NCBI GenBank assembly: GCA_035496795.1
Contig: DATJEJ010000008.1
Span: 1 to 36,404, forward strand
Direction of reading: 5' to 3'
Source of the DNA: Candidatus Omnitrophota bacterium
Lineage (GTDB): Bacteria > Eisenbacteria > RBG-16-71-46 > SZUA-252
DNA length: 36,404 nucleotides
Made by a program: the position numbers and the translations under genes. How positions within the stretch are numbered: the first letter of the stretch is position 1; each line of letters opens with the position of its first letter. Shown one piece after another: positions 7,070 to 16,842 of the stretch. The notes below the pieces were generated by a model that saw only the letters and a program-made list of their open reading frames with translations, searched no databases and had not been told where the DNA came from.

Positions 7070-8479
7070 ATGCAACGTCGCGGATTTCGACACGCCGCCC
7101 TCGTTGGACTCGCCGTCGCGCTCTTCAGCGCCACGGTCGCCGCGGCAACGGCCTTCGGGAACACTCAGGACGTCGCCGGTCGTTGGAAGGGTCGCATGGA
7201 GCCGGGAAATCTCTCGGCGGAGATCGAGCTCGATCTCCAGCACGTGGGCGCTTCGTGGAAGGCGGAGATGACGTTCCGCGCGGGCCCCGACGGCGGCCCC
7301 TTGCCGGTGGAAGAGATGAGCGTCGAGGGGGACAGCGTGCTGGTCCGGACCACGCTCGAAGGAGCCGACGTGAGCCTCGAGCTCACGCGCGCAGGCGATC
7401 TGTTGCTCGGTTCGGTCCACATCATCGAGAGGGGTCGGGCGCTCGCCGAAGGGCCCGTGGGACTCGCCCGCGCATCGGACGCAGTCGGGCAAGAGCGCCT
7501 GCTGCGCTGGCTCGGGGGGCAAAGGGCCTCGATCGGCCCCGAACAGCGAGCCGCTGTGATCGCGCGTGCCGCGGAGCTGCTGTCAGCGAACTACGTGTTC
7601 CTGGATCGCGCCGAACGCGCTGCCGCAGACGTGCGTGAGCGCGCCAAGCGCGGCGAGTACGACAAGAGCACAACGCCCGCGCGGTTCGCCGAGCTGCTCA
7701 GTCGCCATCTCGCCGATGCGACCGGCGACCGCCACGTGCGTGTCAAGGTCGGCGCCGAGTCCGTCGCCGACTCCTCGAGCGACTCGGTCGAGACGACCGC
7801 GGAACTGGCGCAGCTTCGTCGCGACGCGAAGACGGAGAATTTCGGCATCGGCAAGCCGCGCGTACTCGAGGGGAATGTCGGCTACATCGCGTTCCACCGC
7901 TTCTTCCGCGCCGAACTCGCCGGCGGCGCGCTTGCGACAGCGATGGAAAAGCTTGCCAGGACGAACGCGCTGATCCTCGATCTGCGCGAATGCCGTGGCG
8001 GCGACCCCGTGATGGCCGTGCTGGCCGCGAGTTGGTTCTTCGACGGCAGGCCGCGACATTGGAATGACCTGCTTCGCCGTCGCGACGGCACGACAACGCA
8101 ATTCTGGACTGCGGCCTGGTTGCCGGGCGAGCGCTACGTCGACAAGCCGGTTTATGTTCTGACCGCGCAGCGAACCTTCTCGGCGCCCGAGAGTTTTGCC
8201 TATGAGCTCCAGCAAACGCGCCGCGCGACGATCGTCGGCGAGAGGACCGGGGGCGGAGCCCACCCCGGCGCGTGGTTTCCGATCGACGAGCGCTTCTCGA
8301 TCTTCATCCCGCTCAGCCGCTACGTCAGCGCGACGTCGGGCGGCGATTGGGAGGGCACCGGGGTCCAGCCCGACGTCATCTGCGGTGCGTCGGAAGCGTT
8401 GGCGTCAGCGCATCGTCTGGCGTTGAGCCGGACTGGGGGAGGCGCTACCGTGGTTCGGCGGGCGGTCCGATCGAGGTAG
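7070..8479 (+). CDS. S41-family peptidase (IRBP/tail-specific-protease-like), secreted
   Basis: Signal-like MQRRGFRHAALVGLAVALFSATVAAATAFG. Family motifs LILDLRECRGGD, VYVLTAQRTFSAPESFAYELQ, IVGERTGGGAH. The tracked ORF start at 6806 is an upstream extension. Confidence 0.85.
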   Translation: MQRRGFRHAALVGLAVALFSATVAAATAFGNTQDVAGRWKGRMEPGNLSAEIELDLQHVGASWKAEMTFRAGPDGGPLPVEEMSVEGDSVLVRTTLEGADVSLELTRAGDLLLGSVHIIERGRALAEGPVGLARASDAVGQERLLRWLGGQRASIGPEQRAAVIARAAELLSANYVFLDRAERAAADVRERAKRGEYDKSTTPARFAELLSRHLADATGDRHVRVKVGAESVADSSSDSVETTAELAQLRRDAKTENFGIGKPRVLEGNVGYIAFHRFFRAELAGGALATAMEKLARTNALILDLRECRGGDPVMAVLAASWFFDGRPRHWNDLLRRRDGTTTQFWTAAWLPGERYVDKPVYVLTAQRTFSAPESFAYELQQTRRATIVGERTGGGAHPGAWFPIDERFSIFIPLSRYVSATSGGDWEGTGVQPDVICGASEALASAHRLALSRTGGGATVVRRAVRSR

Positions 8480-8524
8480 CCACCGCGGCATCCTCGTCCC
8501 GATCCGGACACCCGGATGCCGTGG

Positions 8525-9097
8525 TCACCACACCCCGGGGATGAGTCTCTTCGTCCGAGCCATGTACGCGCGATAGCTCTCCCCCAGTCCTTCGACCAAG
8601 AGCGCCTCTTCGCGAGGGATGCGCTGGAGCACGCCCAGCAGGATCGGGAGGGTGGTGAACAGGAATCCCGCGGGGCTTCCCAGGATCAGCGGAGGAGCCG
8701 CCCACTCGAGCACGTATCCCAGGTACAGCGGATGCCGCACCGACCGATAGATTCCCGTGCTCACGACCTCGTGCTTCTCCTGGAGCTGCACGCGCACGGT
8801 GAAGAAGCGGCCCAGCGTCCTCTTGGCCACGAATCGAACGGCGAATCCGCAAAGTCCCACCGCCACCCCGAGAATCCACGACGGCCAGGACGGGTTCGCG
8901 CCGACGAGGCGCGCCTTGATGCAGAACATCCACAGGAACATGCCCACGAACGGCAGGATCAGGAAGAAGAGGGCCGACAGGCGGTCGCGATTCCCACGCT
9001 CCCCCGATCCGAGTCGAAACCGCGTCAGGACGAACTCCACCAGGAGGAACACGACGAAGTATCCGTAGAACGAGAGCACCACGAGCCGTTCGTTCAC
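8525..9097 (-). CDS. Isoprenylcysteine carboxyl methyltransferase (ICMT/PEMT)-family membrane methyltransferase
   Basis: Polytopic membrane protein with GIYRSVRHPLYLGYVLEWAAPPLILGS and ...IPREEALLVEGLGESYRAYMAR. The start is uncertain. GTG 9097 lies 8 nt after the RND stop, and there is no in-frame ATG before the first TM segment. Confidence 0.75.
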   Translation of the reverse strand: MNERLVVLSFYGYFVVFLLVEFVLTRFRLGSGERGNRDRLSALFFLILPFVGMFLWMFCIKARLVGANPSWPSWILGVAVGLCGFAVRFVAKRTLGRFFTVRVQLQEKHEVVSTGIYRSVRHPLYLGYVLEWAAPPLILGSPAGFLFTTLPILLGVLQRIPREEALLVEGLGESYRAYMARTKRLIPGVW

Positions 9098-9105
9098 AAG
9101 CCCGG

Positions 9106-12100
9106 CTACCGGGATGCGAACCGGCCGAGCAGTGCCGGTAGCACCAGGAGCAGCAGGAACGCGGAGATCGAGAAGCCCCCGACCACCGCAACGGCGAGCG
9201 GCTTCAGGAGCGCGCTTCCCGCGCCCAGTCCGAGGGCGAGCGGCGCCAGCGCGGCGATCCCCGCGAACGTCGTCATCAGCACCGGCCGGGCGCGCCGGAG
9301 CGCGGCCGCGCGGGCCGCCTCGAACGCGGGATCTCCGGATGCCCGTCGCGCCTGGAACGCCGCCACCAGGAAGTAGGCGTTCTCGGAAACGATGCCCACC
9401 ATCATGATCACCCCGACGAAGCTCGAGATGTTGAAGGTCGCGCCGCTCAGGCGCAGGGCCGCGAACACACCGGCGAGCGACGCCAGGACCACGAGCAGCA
9501 CCGCGATCACCTCCGTCCACGCCTGAAAGGAAGCGAGAAGGATCAGGGCCACGAGGGCCGCCGCGGCCAGAGCGACCCCGGTCAGCCCCCGGAAGGACGA
9601 CTGCTGCTCCGCCCAGAGGCCCGCGTACTGGATGGACGCTTCGCGGGGCAGCACCAGCTCACGTCGCACCCGCCCCTGGATCTCCGCGATCGCCGAGCCC
9701 AGGTCTCGTCCGGAGAGGCGCGCGGTCACGGCCACCATGGTGCGAAGATTGTCGTGCGCGATCTCGGTCTCGCCGGGGTTGGTCGTGATCGCGGCCAGAT
9801 CGCCGAGGCGCGCATGGGCGCCCGTGCCGACCGACACCGGAACCCGGGCCAGGATGTCGGTTCCGCTCAGCCCGGCCGGCCGCGGCAGGACCACACGCAC
9901 GCTCCAGGCCCGGGCGCCTCGCACGATCTCTCCCACGTCCACTCCGGCCACGGCGGGAGCGGCGCCGGCGGCCATGTCGCCCGCGTCCAGGGTGGCGTGA
10001 GCGGCCGTGGCATTCGGAGTCGCCACGAGCGTGGGGCCGCTCACCACGACGCCGCTCTTCACGTCGACCACGCCGCGCACCCGTTCGAGCAGCGCCGCGA
10101 TCTCGCTCGCCTTGGATTCGGCGATCGAGCGGTCCTCGCTGAAGACCCTCACCTCGATCGGCTGCGGATTCGTCGTCAAGTCCCCGATCACGTCCTCCAC
10201 GAGCTGGCCGAATTCCACCTCCAGGGCCGGCTGGCTGGTCTCGATCCGCTGCCGGAGGTCGTCGGCGATCTCGTCCGCGCTCCTCCGGTGGCCGGACTTG
10301 AGCCGCAGGACGTAGTCGCCCGTGTTCGGCTCGGTGATGAAGAACCCGAGCTGGTCGCCCGTCCTCCGCGACCAGGAGGCGATCTCGGGCATGCCCGCGA
10401 TGATCCGCTCCACCTCCTGGAGCATCCGGTCGGTTTCGGTGAGGGACGTGCCCGGAGGAGAGACGTAGTCGAGAATGAGCGAGCCCTCGTCCATCTCGGG
10501 GAGGAACCCCGTCCCCAGGGTCGCGTAGAGCGGAACGGCGAGCACGATCAGAAGCGCCACGGCCAGGGCGGCGACTCGGGGGCGCGTGATCGAGCGATCG
10601 AGCAGCCCGCGAAGGCGCTCGGTGGTCCGTCTCCGGGCCGGGGCATGGCGCTCGCCCTGTCCGCTCGGGCTCAGCAGCGGCACGAGCGTCAGGCAGAGGA
10701 CGAGCGAGAAGCCGAGCATCAACGACATCGAGAGCGCCAGCACGCGGAAGAAGGCGCCGGTGACGCCGCCCAGAAAGATGAACGGGAGGAAGATCGCGAG
10801 CGAGCAGAGGCTGGATCCGACGAGGGAGGGGAAGATCTCCGCCATGGCCTGGGAGCGGCTCACGGCCGAAGGCCCCGCGGTCCGCGAGGCGAGATGTTCG
10901 ACGACCACGATGCCGTCGTCCAGGACCAGCCCCACCGCGGCCGCGATGCCGCCCAGCGTCATCATGTTGAGCGACTGGCCGGCGAGCATGAGGCCGATCA
11001 GCGTGAGCGCGATGCTGAAGAAGAGGACCGCGGCGCCCGCGAGGGCCAGCCGCACGCTTCGGAGGAAGAACACGATCACCAGGAACGCGAGGATCGCGCC
11101 CACCAGAAGGCTGTCGCGCACGCTTCCCACCGAGGCTCGAACGAGATCGGATTGATCGTAGAAGGTCTCCACGTGGGTGCCGGCCGGCAGCAGGCGGGCG
11201 TGTTCCGTCAGCCACCGGTGCGCCTCCTGCGACAGCGCGATCGCGCTGGCCGAGGGCTGCCGGAGCACGTTGACGAGCACGGCCTCGCGCTGGCGGGCGC
11301 GATAGCGGACGAATTCGGGCGCCTCTTCGAGCGTGATCCTGCCCAGCTGTCCCAGGGCGACGGGCGCTCCGGACGCGAGCGGGATGGGGAGCGAGGCCAG
11401 GGTCTCGAGGTCGGAGGGGCGGCTGTCGACGAGTCCCAGGTAGAGCTGCCGGTTGGCCTCGAGAAGTCCCACCGGTTCGAGCACGGCCGCTTTTCGGATC
11501 GCCTCGACCACGCCCTGCGTCGTGAGTCCCCGCGCTTCGAGCGCGACGGGATCGAGCGTGATACGCGCTTCCAGCTTGTGTCCCCCCTGGAGCACCACTT
11601 CCGCCACGCCCGGAAGCCGCGAGAGCTCCGGCTTGAGGATCAGGGTGGCGAAATCCCGGAGCTGTGCCGAGGAGACCCGGTCGGAGGTGAGCGAGAAGCC
11701 GAGCACCGGAAAGAGGGTCGGATTCATCAGGCGCGCGTCCAGGGTCGTCCCCGCGGGCAGCTCCGGCCGGGCCGATTCCATCTGCGCCTGCACGCGCTGC
11801 AGCGTGAGGTTCATGTCCGCGTTCCAGCGGCTGTCCAGGTTGATCTCGGTGGATCCGCGGCTCGTCGTCGAGCGGATCTCGGAGACGCCGGGCACGCGGC
11901 GTAGCGATTCTTCCAGCGGCCGCGTGACCGTGCGCAGCATGGCGTCGCTCGGAAGCTCGCCGCTGTCCGCGACGATCTTGATGCGCGGGAAGGTGACCTC
12001 CGGAAGGATGGAGCTCGGGAGCTTGCGAACGGCGACGACGGAAAGGATCGTCAGGGAGGCGAGAAGGAGGGAGAGCGCCCGACGCTGCCGGTGGACCGCA

Positions 12101-12117
12101 TCGAAGAAGCCGGTCAC
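9106..12117 (-). CDS. RND efflux transporter permease (AcrB/CzcA superfamily)
   Basis: About 1003 aa. N-terminus VTGFFDAVHRQRRALSLLLASL...LPEVTFPRIKIVADSG. TM4-type motif GGIAAAVGLVLDDGIVVVEH. Two large loops and 12 hydrophobic segments. GTG 12117 overlaps the MFP stop (GTGA). The tracked 1343-aa ORF is an upstream extension. Confidence 0.92.
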   Translation of the reverse strand: MTGFFDAVHRQRRALSLLLASLTILSVVAVRKLPSSILPEVTFPRIKIVADSGELPSDAMLRTVTRPLEESLRRVPGVSEIRSTTSRGSTEINLDSRWNADMNLTLQRVQAQMESARPELPAGTTLDARLMNPTLFPVLGFSLTSDRVSSAQLRDFATLILKPELSRLPGVAEVVLQGGHKLEARITLDPVALEARGLTTQGVVEAIRKAAVLEPVGLLEANRQLYLGLVDSRPSDLETLASLPIPLASGAPVALGQLGRITLEEAPEFVRYRARQREAVLVNVLRQPSASAIALSQEAHRWLTEHARLLPAGTHVETFYDQSDLVRASVGSVRDSLLVGAILAFLVIVFFLRSVRLALAGAAVLFFSIALTLIGLMLAGQSLNMMTLGGIAAAVGLVLDDGIVVVEHLASRTAGPSAVSRSQAMAEIFPSLVGSSLCSLAIFLPFIFLGGVTGAFFRVLALSMSLMLGFSLVLCLTLVPLLSPSGQGERHAPARRRTTERLRGLLDRSITRPRVAALAVALLIVLAVPLYATLGTGFLPEMDEGSLILDYVSPPGTSLTETDRMLQEVERIIAGMPEIASWSRRTGDQLGFFITEPNTGDYVLRLKSGHRRSADEIADDLRQRIETSQPALEVEFGQLVEDVIGDLTTNPQPIEVRVFSEDRSIAESKASEIAALLERVRGVVDVKSGVVVSGPTLVATPNATAAHATLDAGDMAAGAAPAVAGVDVGEIVRGARAWSVRVVLPRPAGLSGTDILARVPVSVGTGAHARLGDLAAITTNPGETEIAHDNLRTMVAVTARLSGRDLGSAIAEIQGRVRRELVLPREASIQYAGLWAEQQSSFRGLTGVALAAAALVALILLASFQAWTEVIAVLLVVLASLAGVFAALRLSGATFNISSFVGVIMMVGIVSENAYFLVAAFQARRASGDPAFEAARAAALRRARPVLMTTFAGIAALAPLALGLGAGSALLKPLAVAVVGGFSISAFLLLLVLPALLGRFASR

Positions 12118-13100
12118 CGTGCGATCTCGACCTTGGTGCTGTCGGGCAGCCCCCGCTGGCCGCTGATCACGACCGGGGTGCCGGGCGGGAGCGCGGGAGC
12201 CAGGACTTCGTGCCATCCTCCGGATCCCTGTCCGAGGCGAACCGGGGTCCAGATGGCGATCCCTCCCGCGATGCGCGCGATCCGGACCTGGCCGGTGAGA
12301 TCGTCCTCCACCAGCGCCGAATCGGGCACGGCGACCGCGCTGCGTACCGAGCCGGTCTCGATGCTCGCCGTGCCGAAGCGGTCGAGCGCCCCGGTGGGAA
12401 CCCTCCCGGGGGAGAGCCAGACCAGCTGGTTCTGGTCGGACTCGCTCGCCTGCGGCAGAAGGCGCTGGATCACGGCGGGGATGACGTCGCCCGCCTCCAG
12501 GCGGATCGTCGCCGCCTGGCCGGGCCGCACCTGACGGGCGTCGGCATGCGCGACGTGCGCCTCGAACACGAACGAGCCCTGCGGCACGAGGGTGAGGAGC
12601 GGCGCGCTCTCCGCCACCTCCGAGCCCGGCTCGGCGCTCCTCCGGATCACGATTCCCGCGACCGACGCGATCAGAGGCACGCGCACGATCCCGCGCTCCG
12701 CCTGCGCCAGGGCGCGGCGCGCCTCCTGGCTCTCCGCCGCTCCGGACGCCTGGCGCACGAGGATCTCGGCCCCGCGCAAGGCGGCGCGCGACTCGTGCGT
12801 GACCAGGGTGGCGATCGTCTGTCCTTTGGCGACGCGATCCCCCGGGTGCGGGCGTACGCTCTCGACATACGCCGTGAACGGGGCGATCACGACGATGGAG
12901 TCGGCCGCGCGCCACTGCCCCGTCGCGGCGATCTCGCTCTGGATGGTCCGGGTCTCGACGTGCGCGGCCCGGACCGGTACCCGCGCGGTGGTCGCTTCGG
13001 TATCGGATTCTTCGTGTTTCGAGCAGCCGCCGATCACCGTGGCCGCCAGGAGCGCCACGACGACAGTCCCGCCCGCCCCGCCGATTCGCAGTCTCGTCAT
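12114..13100 (-). CDS. Efflux RND periplasmic adaptor (membrane fusion protein), lipoprotein
   Basis: Lipobox-like LLAATVIGGCS. Barrel-sandwich pattern ...IAPFTAYVESVRPHPGDRVAKGQTIATL...VPLIASVAGIVI.... ATG 13098-13100 overlaps the OMP stop (ATGA). Confidence 0.9.
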   Translation of the reverse strand: MTRLRIGGAGGTVVVALLAATVIGGCSKHEESDTEATTARVPVRAAHVETRTIQSEIAATGQWRAADSIVVIAPFTAYVESVRPHPGDRVAKGQTIATLVTHESRAALRGAEILVRQASGAAESQEARRALAQAERGIVRVPLIASVAGIVIRRSAEPGSEVAESAPLLTLVPQGSFVFEAHVAHADARQVRPGQAATIRLEAGDVIPAVIQRLLPQASESDQNQLVWLSPGRVPTGALDRFGTASIETGSVRSAVAVPDSALVEDDLTGQVRIARIAGGIAIWTPVRLGQGSGGWHEVLAPALPPGTPVVISGQRGLPDSTKVEIAR

Positions 13101-14458
13101 TCCCGATCCTCCACGCGAAGCTGGGCGAGACGCGCATCCCGCCTGGCCTCGGCCAGCCGTTCCCGCGCCTCCTCGGTGACCCGGCGCGCGTCGAGCAGGT
13201 CGAGCAGGGTGGTCGCGCCGCCCGCGTAGAGGCTCTTCACGCGGAGGAGCGCGTCTTCGGCGCGGTCGCGCGACGCTTGCGCCAGCTCCGCGCGCCGGTA
13301 GGCGAACCGCCACTGCGAAAGCAGGTCCAGGGCCACGCGTCGCTGCGTGCCGCGCTCCGCCAGGGCCTTGGCCCGCGCCGCGCGCAGCGTCTCCTCGCGC
13401 GCGCGCGCGTGCCGCGCCGCCGACTTGTCCAGCACCGGCATCCGGAAGTGGAACGCCACGCTGGCTCCGAGGTCGCGGCGAAGGCGGTCCCCGAGGGTGG
13501 CGTCGGGATTGGCCGCCTTGAGATCCTCGGGCACGGCGGCGGTCAGGTCGGCCCCCGCGAGGCCGGCGTCGGCCGCGAGGTCGAGCGTGGCGGCATTCCG
13601 CCGGCGTGCCTCGATGAGATCGAGGCTGCCGCGCGCGGCCGTGATCTCGGCCAGGCCGACCTCGGGCGCCCGGTCGGCGCTCGCGACGACGCGCAGCGAA
13701 TCGTCTTCGCCGGGAGGGCGGTCGGAGCCGGGGGCCGGCGCGATCACGACGTGCCCCAGCGGATCCCTTCCGAGGAGAACGAGAAGCTCCAGCTCGTCCG
13801 TGCGCGCTTCCTGAAGGGTGCTCTCCAGGGAGAGGAGGGCGGCGTCCCGCTCCAGGCCCACGCGGATCGAATCGGCGGCGCTACGCACCCCGGAGGTCAC
13901 GCCGCGCTTCACCAGCGCGCCCAGGCTCACCGTCCACTCCACCGCGCCGCCCTGCGCCGTCGCGATCTCCTGAAGACGCAAGAGCTCCGCCGCAAGCTCG
14001 CCCGCGCGGAGCCCGACGTCCCGCGCCGTCTGCATCGATTGCCACCGGGCCTGGGCCAGATCCAGGGCGCTTCGCCGGCGCGCGAGGAACCGCTTTCCCC
14101 CGTCGGCGAGCGGCCAGTCGAATCCCAGCTTCAGGTCATAGCCGCCGAGATCGGTGACCGTGGGATCGTAGAAGCCTCTCGGCGCGACCGTCGCGTCCGA
14201 CGTGATCGCCCAATCCGGGCCGCGCTCCCGGGCGACGGCCGTCGATTCGTAGGCGGCCGCCAGGAGGTCGGAGCCGGCGGCGAGGATGGCCGGCGCATGC
14301 TCGCGAGCCATGGCGACGCATTCGTGGATGGTGACGGTATCGCCGGGCGCGTCCGAGGATGGGTACGCCGGGGTGGCACCCGTACTGCCTGGGGGCGGGC
14401 TCCAGGAGGCGGCGGCAGTGCAGAGGCCGGCCATCAGCGTTAAGGCCGTCCTGATCAT
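13097..14458 (-). CDS. TolC-like outer-membrane efflux protein (OEP family)
   Basis: Signal-like N-terminus. Two coiled-coil/beta repeats rich in A/R/L/E. C-terminal ...YAGGATTLLDLLDARRVTEEARERLAEARRDARLAQLRVE is typical of OEP proteins. First gene of the C-B-A order. Confidence 0.88.
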   Translation of the reverse strand: MIRTALTLMAGLCTAAASWSPPPGSTGATPAYPSSDAPGDTVTIHECVAMAREHAPAILAAGSDLLAAAYESTAVARERGPDWAITSDATVAPRGFYDPTVTDLGGYDLKLGFDWPLADGGKRFLARRRSALDLAQARWQSMQTARDVGLRAGELAAELLRLQEIATAQGGAVEWTVSLGALVKRGVTSGVRSAADSIRVGLERDAALLSLESTLQEARTDELELLVLLGRDPLGHVVIAPAPGSDRPPGEDDSLRVVASADRAPEVGLAEITAARGSLDLIEARRRNAATLDLAADAGLAGADLTAAVPEDLKAANPDATLGDRLRRDLGASVAFHFRMPVLDKSAARHARAREETLRAARAKALAERGTQRRVALDLLSQWRFAYRRAELAQASRDRAEDALLRVKSLYAGGATTLLDLLDARRVTEEARERLAEARRDARLAQLRVEDRE

Positions 14459-14539
14459 CCCGAGAGCTTAGAGGAAGGCCGCGGACCGCCACAACGTCCG
14501 CGTACAGACTGTTCCGCCAGGGTCGGCTATCATTCCGGC

Positions 14540-16789
14540 ATGATCGGCCGGAAGCTCTCGCACTATCAGGTCCTGGAACGGCTCGGCGCCGGAGGCATGG
14601 GGGAGGTCTATCGCGCCCACGATGACCGGCTGGAGCGGGACGTCGCCATCAAGGTTCTGCCGAACAACGTCCTCGCCAACGAAGAGTCCCGCCGGCAATT
14701 CCGACGCGAGGCGCTCGCGCTCTCCCGTCTCAACCACCCCCACATCGCCACCGTCTACGACTTCGACACCGACCAGGGCGTCGATTTCCTGGTGATGGAG
14801 CTCGTCCTGGGGAATTCGCTGGCGGACCACCTGAAGCGGGAGCCGCTCCCCGAAGCCGAGATCGTCCGCCTGGGGAGCCAGATCGCCGAGGCGCTGGAAG
14901 CGGCCCACGAGCAGGGCGTGATCCATCGCGACCTGAAGCCCAGCAACATCATGGTCACCCCGAAGGGGCAGACCAAGGTGGTCGACTTCGGCCTCGCCCG
15001 GCTCCAGGAAAAAGGCGGCCAGACCCTGGCCACGGCTTCGAGCGGCATCCAGGGGGTGGTCGGCACCCTGCCGTACATGGCGCCGGAGCAGCTGGCCAGC
15101 GGCGTGATCGACGCGCGAACCGACCTGTACGCGCTCGGAGCGGTGCTCTATGAGATGACCACCGGGCGGCGCCCTTTCGAGAAGGACCGGATCGAGACCC
15201 TGATGTTCGAAATCCTCCACGGGGTGCCTCGCCCGGCCAGGTCCCTGCGGGACGACATCTCGCAGGATCTGGACCGCCTGATCGAGTCCTGCCTGCGGAA
15301 GGAAGCCGGCGAGCGCCCCGCGTCGGCCGTCGCCGTGATCCAGACGCTGCGCGCCATCGGCCGGCCGGGATCGCGCGGGGGCAATGGGGATTCCGTTCGC
15401 GAGGCGCTCCCGTCCCTGGCGGTCCTCCCCTTCGAGAACGTCTCGCGCGATCCGGCGCAGGAGTACTTCGCCGACGGGATGACCGAGGCCCTGATCTCGG
15501 AGCTCGCGCGGCTCAAGGCGCTGCGGGTGATCTCACGCACCTCGGCCATGCGCTACAAGGGATCCCAGAAGGCGCTTCCCGAGATCGCCCGCGAGCTGAA
15601 CGTCAGCGCCATTCTCGAGGGCTCGGCGCTCCTCGTCGGCAAGCGGGTTCGCGTCTCGGCTCAGCTCATCTCCGCGCGAAGCGACGAGACGCTCTGGGCG
15701 GACCGATACGACGGGGACCTCGAGGACGTTCTCGATCTCCAGAGCCGTGTCGCCGAAGCGGTGGCGAAGGAGATCCAGGTGCACGTGACGCCCAAGGAGG
15801 CGAAGCGGCTGGCCAAGCGCCAGGCGGCCGTCAACCCGGAGGCGCACGTCGAATACCTGAAAGGCCGGCACACCGCGGCGGCCACCTCGCCGCAAGCCAT
15901 CGAGCTGAGCCTCCGCTACTACGATCGGGCCTTGAAGCTGGATCCCACGTTCGCCCCCACGTGGGCGGGGATCGCCCACTGCCACGTCGTCCGCGCGGAG
16001 CGAGGGATGGCCGCGCCGGCCGAGGCCGCGCCGCTCGCGCGGTCCGCCGCGCTGAAGGCGCTCGAGCTGGACGATTCGCTCGCGGAAGCCTACTCGGCGC
16101 TCGGGGAAGTGGCGATCCTGGATCGCGATCTTCCGGCCGCGGTCCGCAATCTCGAGCACTCGATCGACCTGAATCCCGAACCGGGCGCCTACATGGCCCT
16201 GGGGAACATCTACTACTGCACCGAGCGGCACCGCGAGGCCCAGGAGGCGATGCTCGCCGCGCTCCACCTCGATCCGGTGTCGATGATCATTCACACCGCG
16301 GTCGGCGACGCCTACTACTACGCCCGCGAGTACGAGCGGTCGCTGGTCTATTACCAGAAGGCGGTGGAGATCGACCCCCGATTCGACGGCGCCCACACCG
16401 ACCTCGCGCGGTCCCTCGAAGCCGTGGGCCGGTTCGAGGAGTCCCGCCGCGAGTACGAAGAGGGCCGGCGCCTGAGCGGCGGCGTGGCCGGGCCGCATTT
16501 CGGGATCGCGCACCTCGAGATCAGCATGGGCAACACGAAGGAGGCGCGGCGCCAGCTGGAGGAGCTGATCGCGGCGCGCTCGCGCCGCGTGGTGTCCGCC
16601 TGGGGCATCGCGGCGCTTCACGCGCGCCTGGGCGACGTGGACGAGGCGTTCCGCTGGCTGGACGTCGCGGTCCTGGACAGGGCCACCGGGCTGATCTTCC
16701 TGCGGGTCCATCCGCGCCTCGATGGGATCCGGCAGGACCCTCGCTACGGCGCACTCGTTCGGAAGCTCAAGCTGGACACCGTGGGGTAA
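14540..16789 (+). CDS. Ser/Thr protein kinase with central TolB-N/FlgO-like module and C-terminal TPR repeats (paralog 2)
   Basis: GAGGMGEVYRA, VAIKVL, HRDLKPSNIMV, VDFGLA, PYMAPEQ. Next LAVLPFENVSRDPAQEYFADGMTEALI...LEGSALLVGKRVRVSAQLI...LWADRYD, then TPRs. No TM segment. Confidence 0.93.
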   Translation: MIGRKLSHYQVLERLGAGGMGEVYRAHDDRLERDVAIKVLPNNVLANEESRRQFRREALALSRLNHPHIATVYDFDTDQGVDFLVMELVLGNSLADHLKREPLPEAEIVRLGSQIAEALEAAHEQGVIHRDLKPSNIMVTPKGQTKVVDFGLARLQEKGGQTLATASSGIQGVVGTLPYMAPEQLASGVIDARTDLYALGAVLYEMTTGRRPFEKDRIETLMFEILHGVPRPARSLRDDISQDLDRLIESCLRKEAGERPASAVAVIQTLRAIGRPGSRGGNGDSVREALPSLAVLPFENVSRDPAQEYFADGMTEALISELARLKALRVISRTSAMRYKGSQKALPEIARELNVSAILEGSALLVGKRVRVSAQLISARSDETLWADRYDGDLEDVLDLQSRVAEAVAKEIQVHVTPKEAKRLAKRQAAVNPEAHVEYLKGRHTAAATSPQAIELSLRYYDRALKLDPTFAPTWAGIAHCHVVRAERGMAAPAEAAPLARSAALKALELDDSLAEAYSALGEVAILDRDLPAAVRNLEHSIDLNPEPGAYMALGNIYYCTERHREAQEAMLAALHLDPVSMIIHTAVGDAYYYAREYERSLVYYQKAVEIDPRFDGAHTDLARSLEAVGRFEESRREYEEGRRLSGGVAGPHFGIAHLEISMGNTKEARRQLEELIAARSRRVVSAWGIAALHARLGDVDEAFRWLDVAVLDRATGLIFLRVHPRLDGIRQDPRYGALVRKLKLDTVG

Positions 16790-16842
16790 GCCCGTTTCGG
16801 GAATCCGTTCCGCGCGCCGTGGCGCCGCAGAGGAGAATGGCC

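Noticed and set aside
5473-7164. 563-aa ORF on the minus strand
   Set aside because: It lies antisense to the ferredoxin/O-methyltransferase gene and spans two intergenic regions. It has low-complexity R/G/A/V composition and no motifs.
9659-11904. ORFs 9754-11904 (+, 716 aa) and 9659-11215 (-, 518 aa) inside the RND gene
   Set aside because: They are shadow or alternative frames of a well-supported RND permease. Their products are R/G/D/H/E-rich and lack hydrophobic segments or motifs.
14459-14539. Possible leaderless promoter (TATCAT 6 nt before ATG 14540) for kinase 2
   Set aside because: The -35 match (TACAGA with a 19-nt spacer) is poor. A single hexamer is insufficient evidence.
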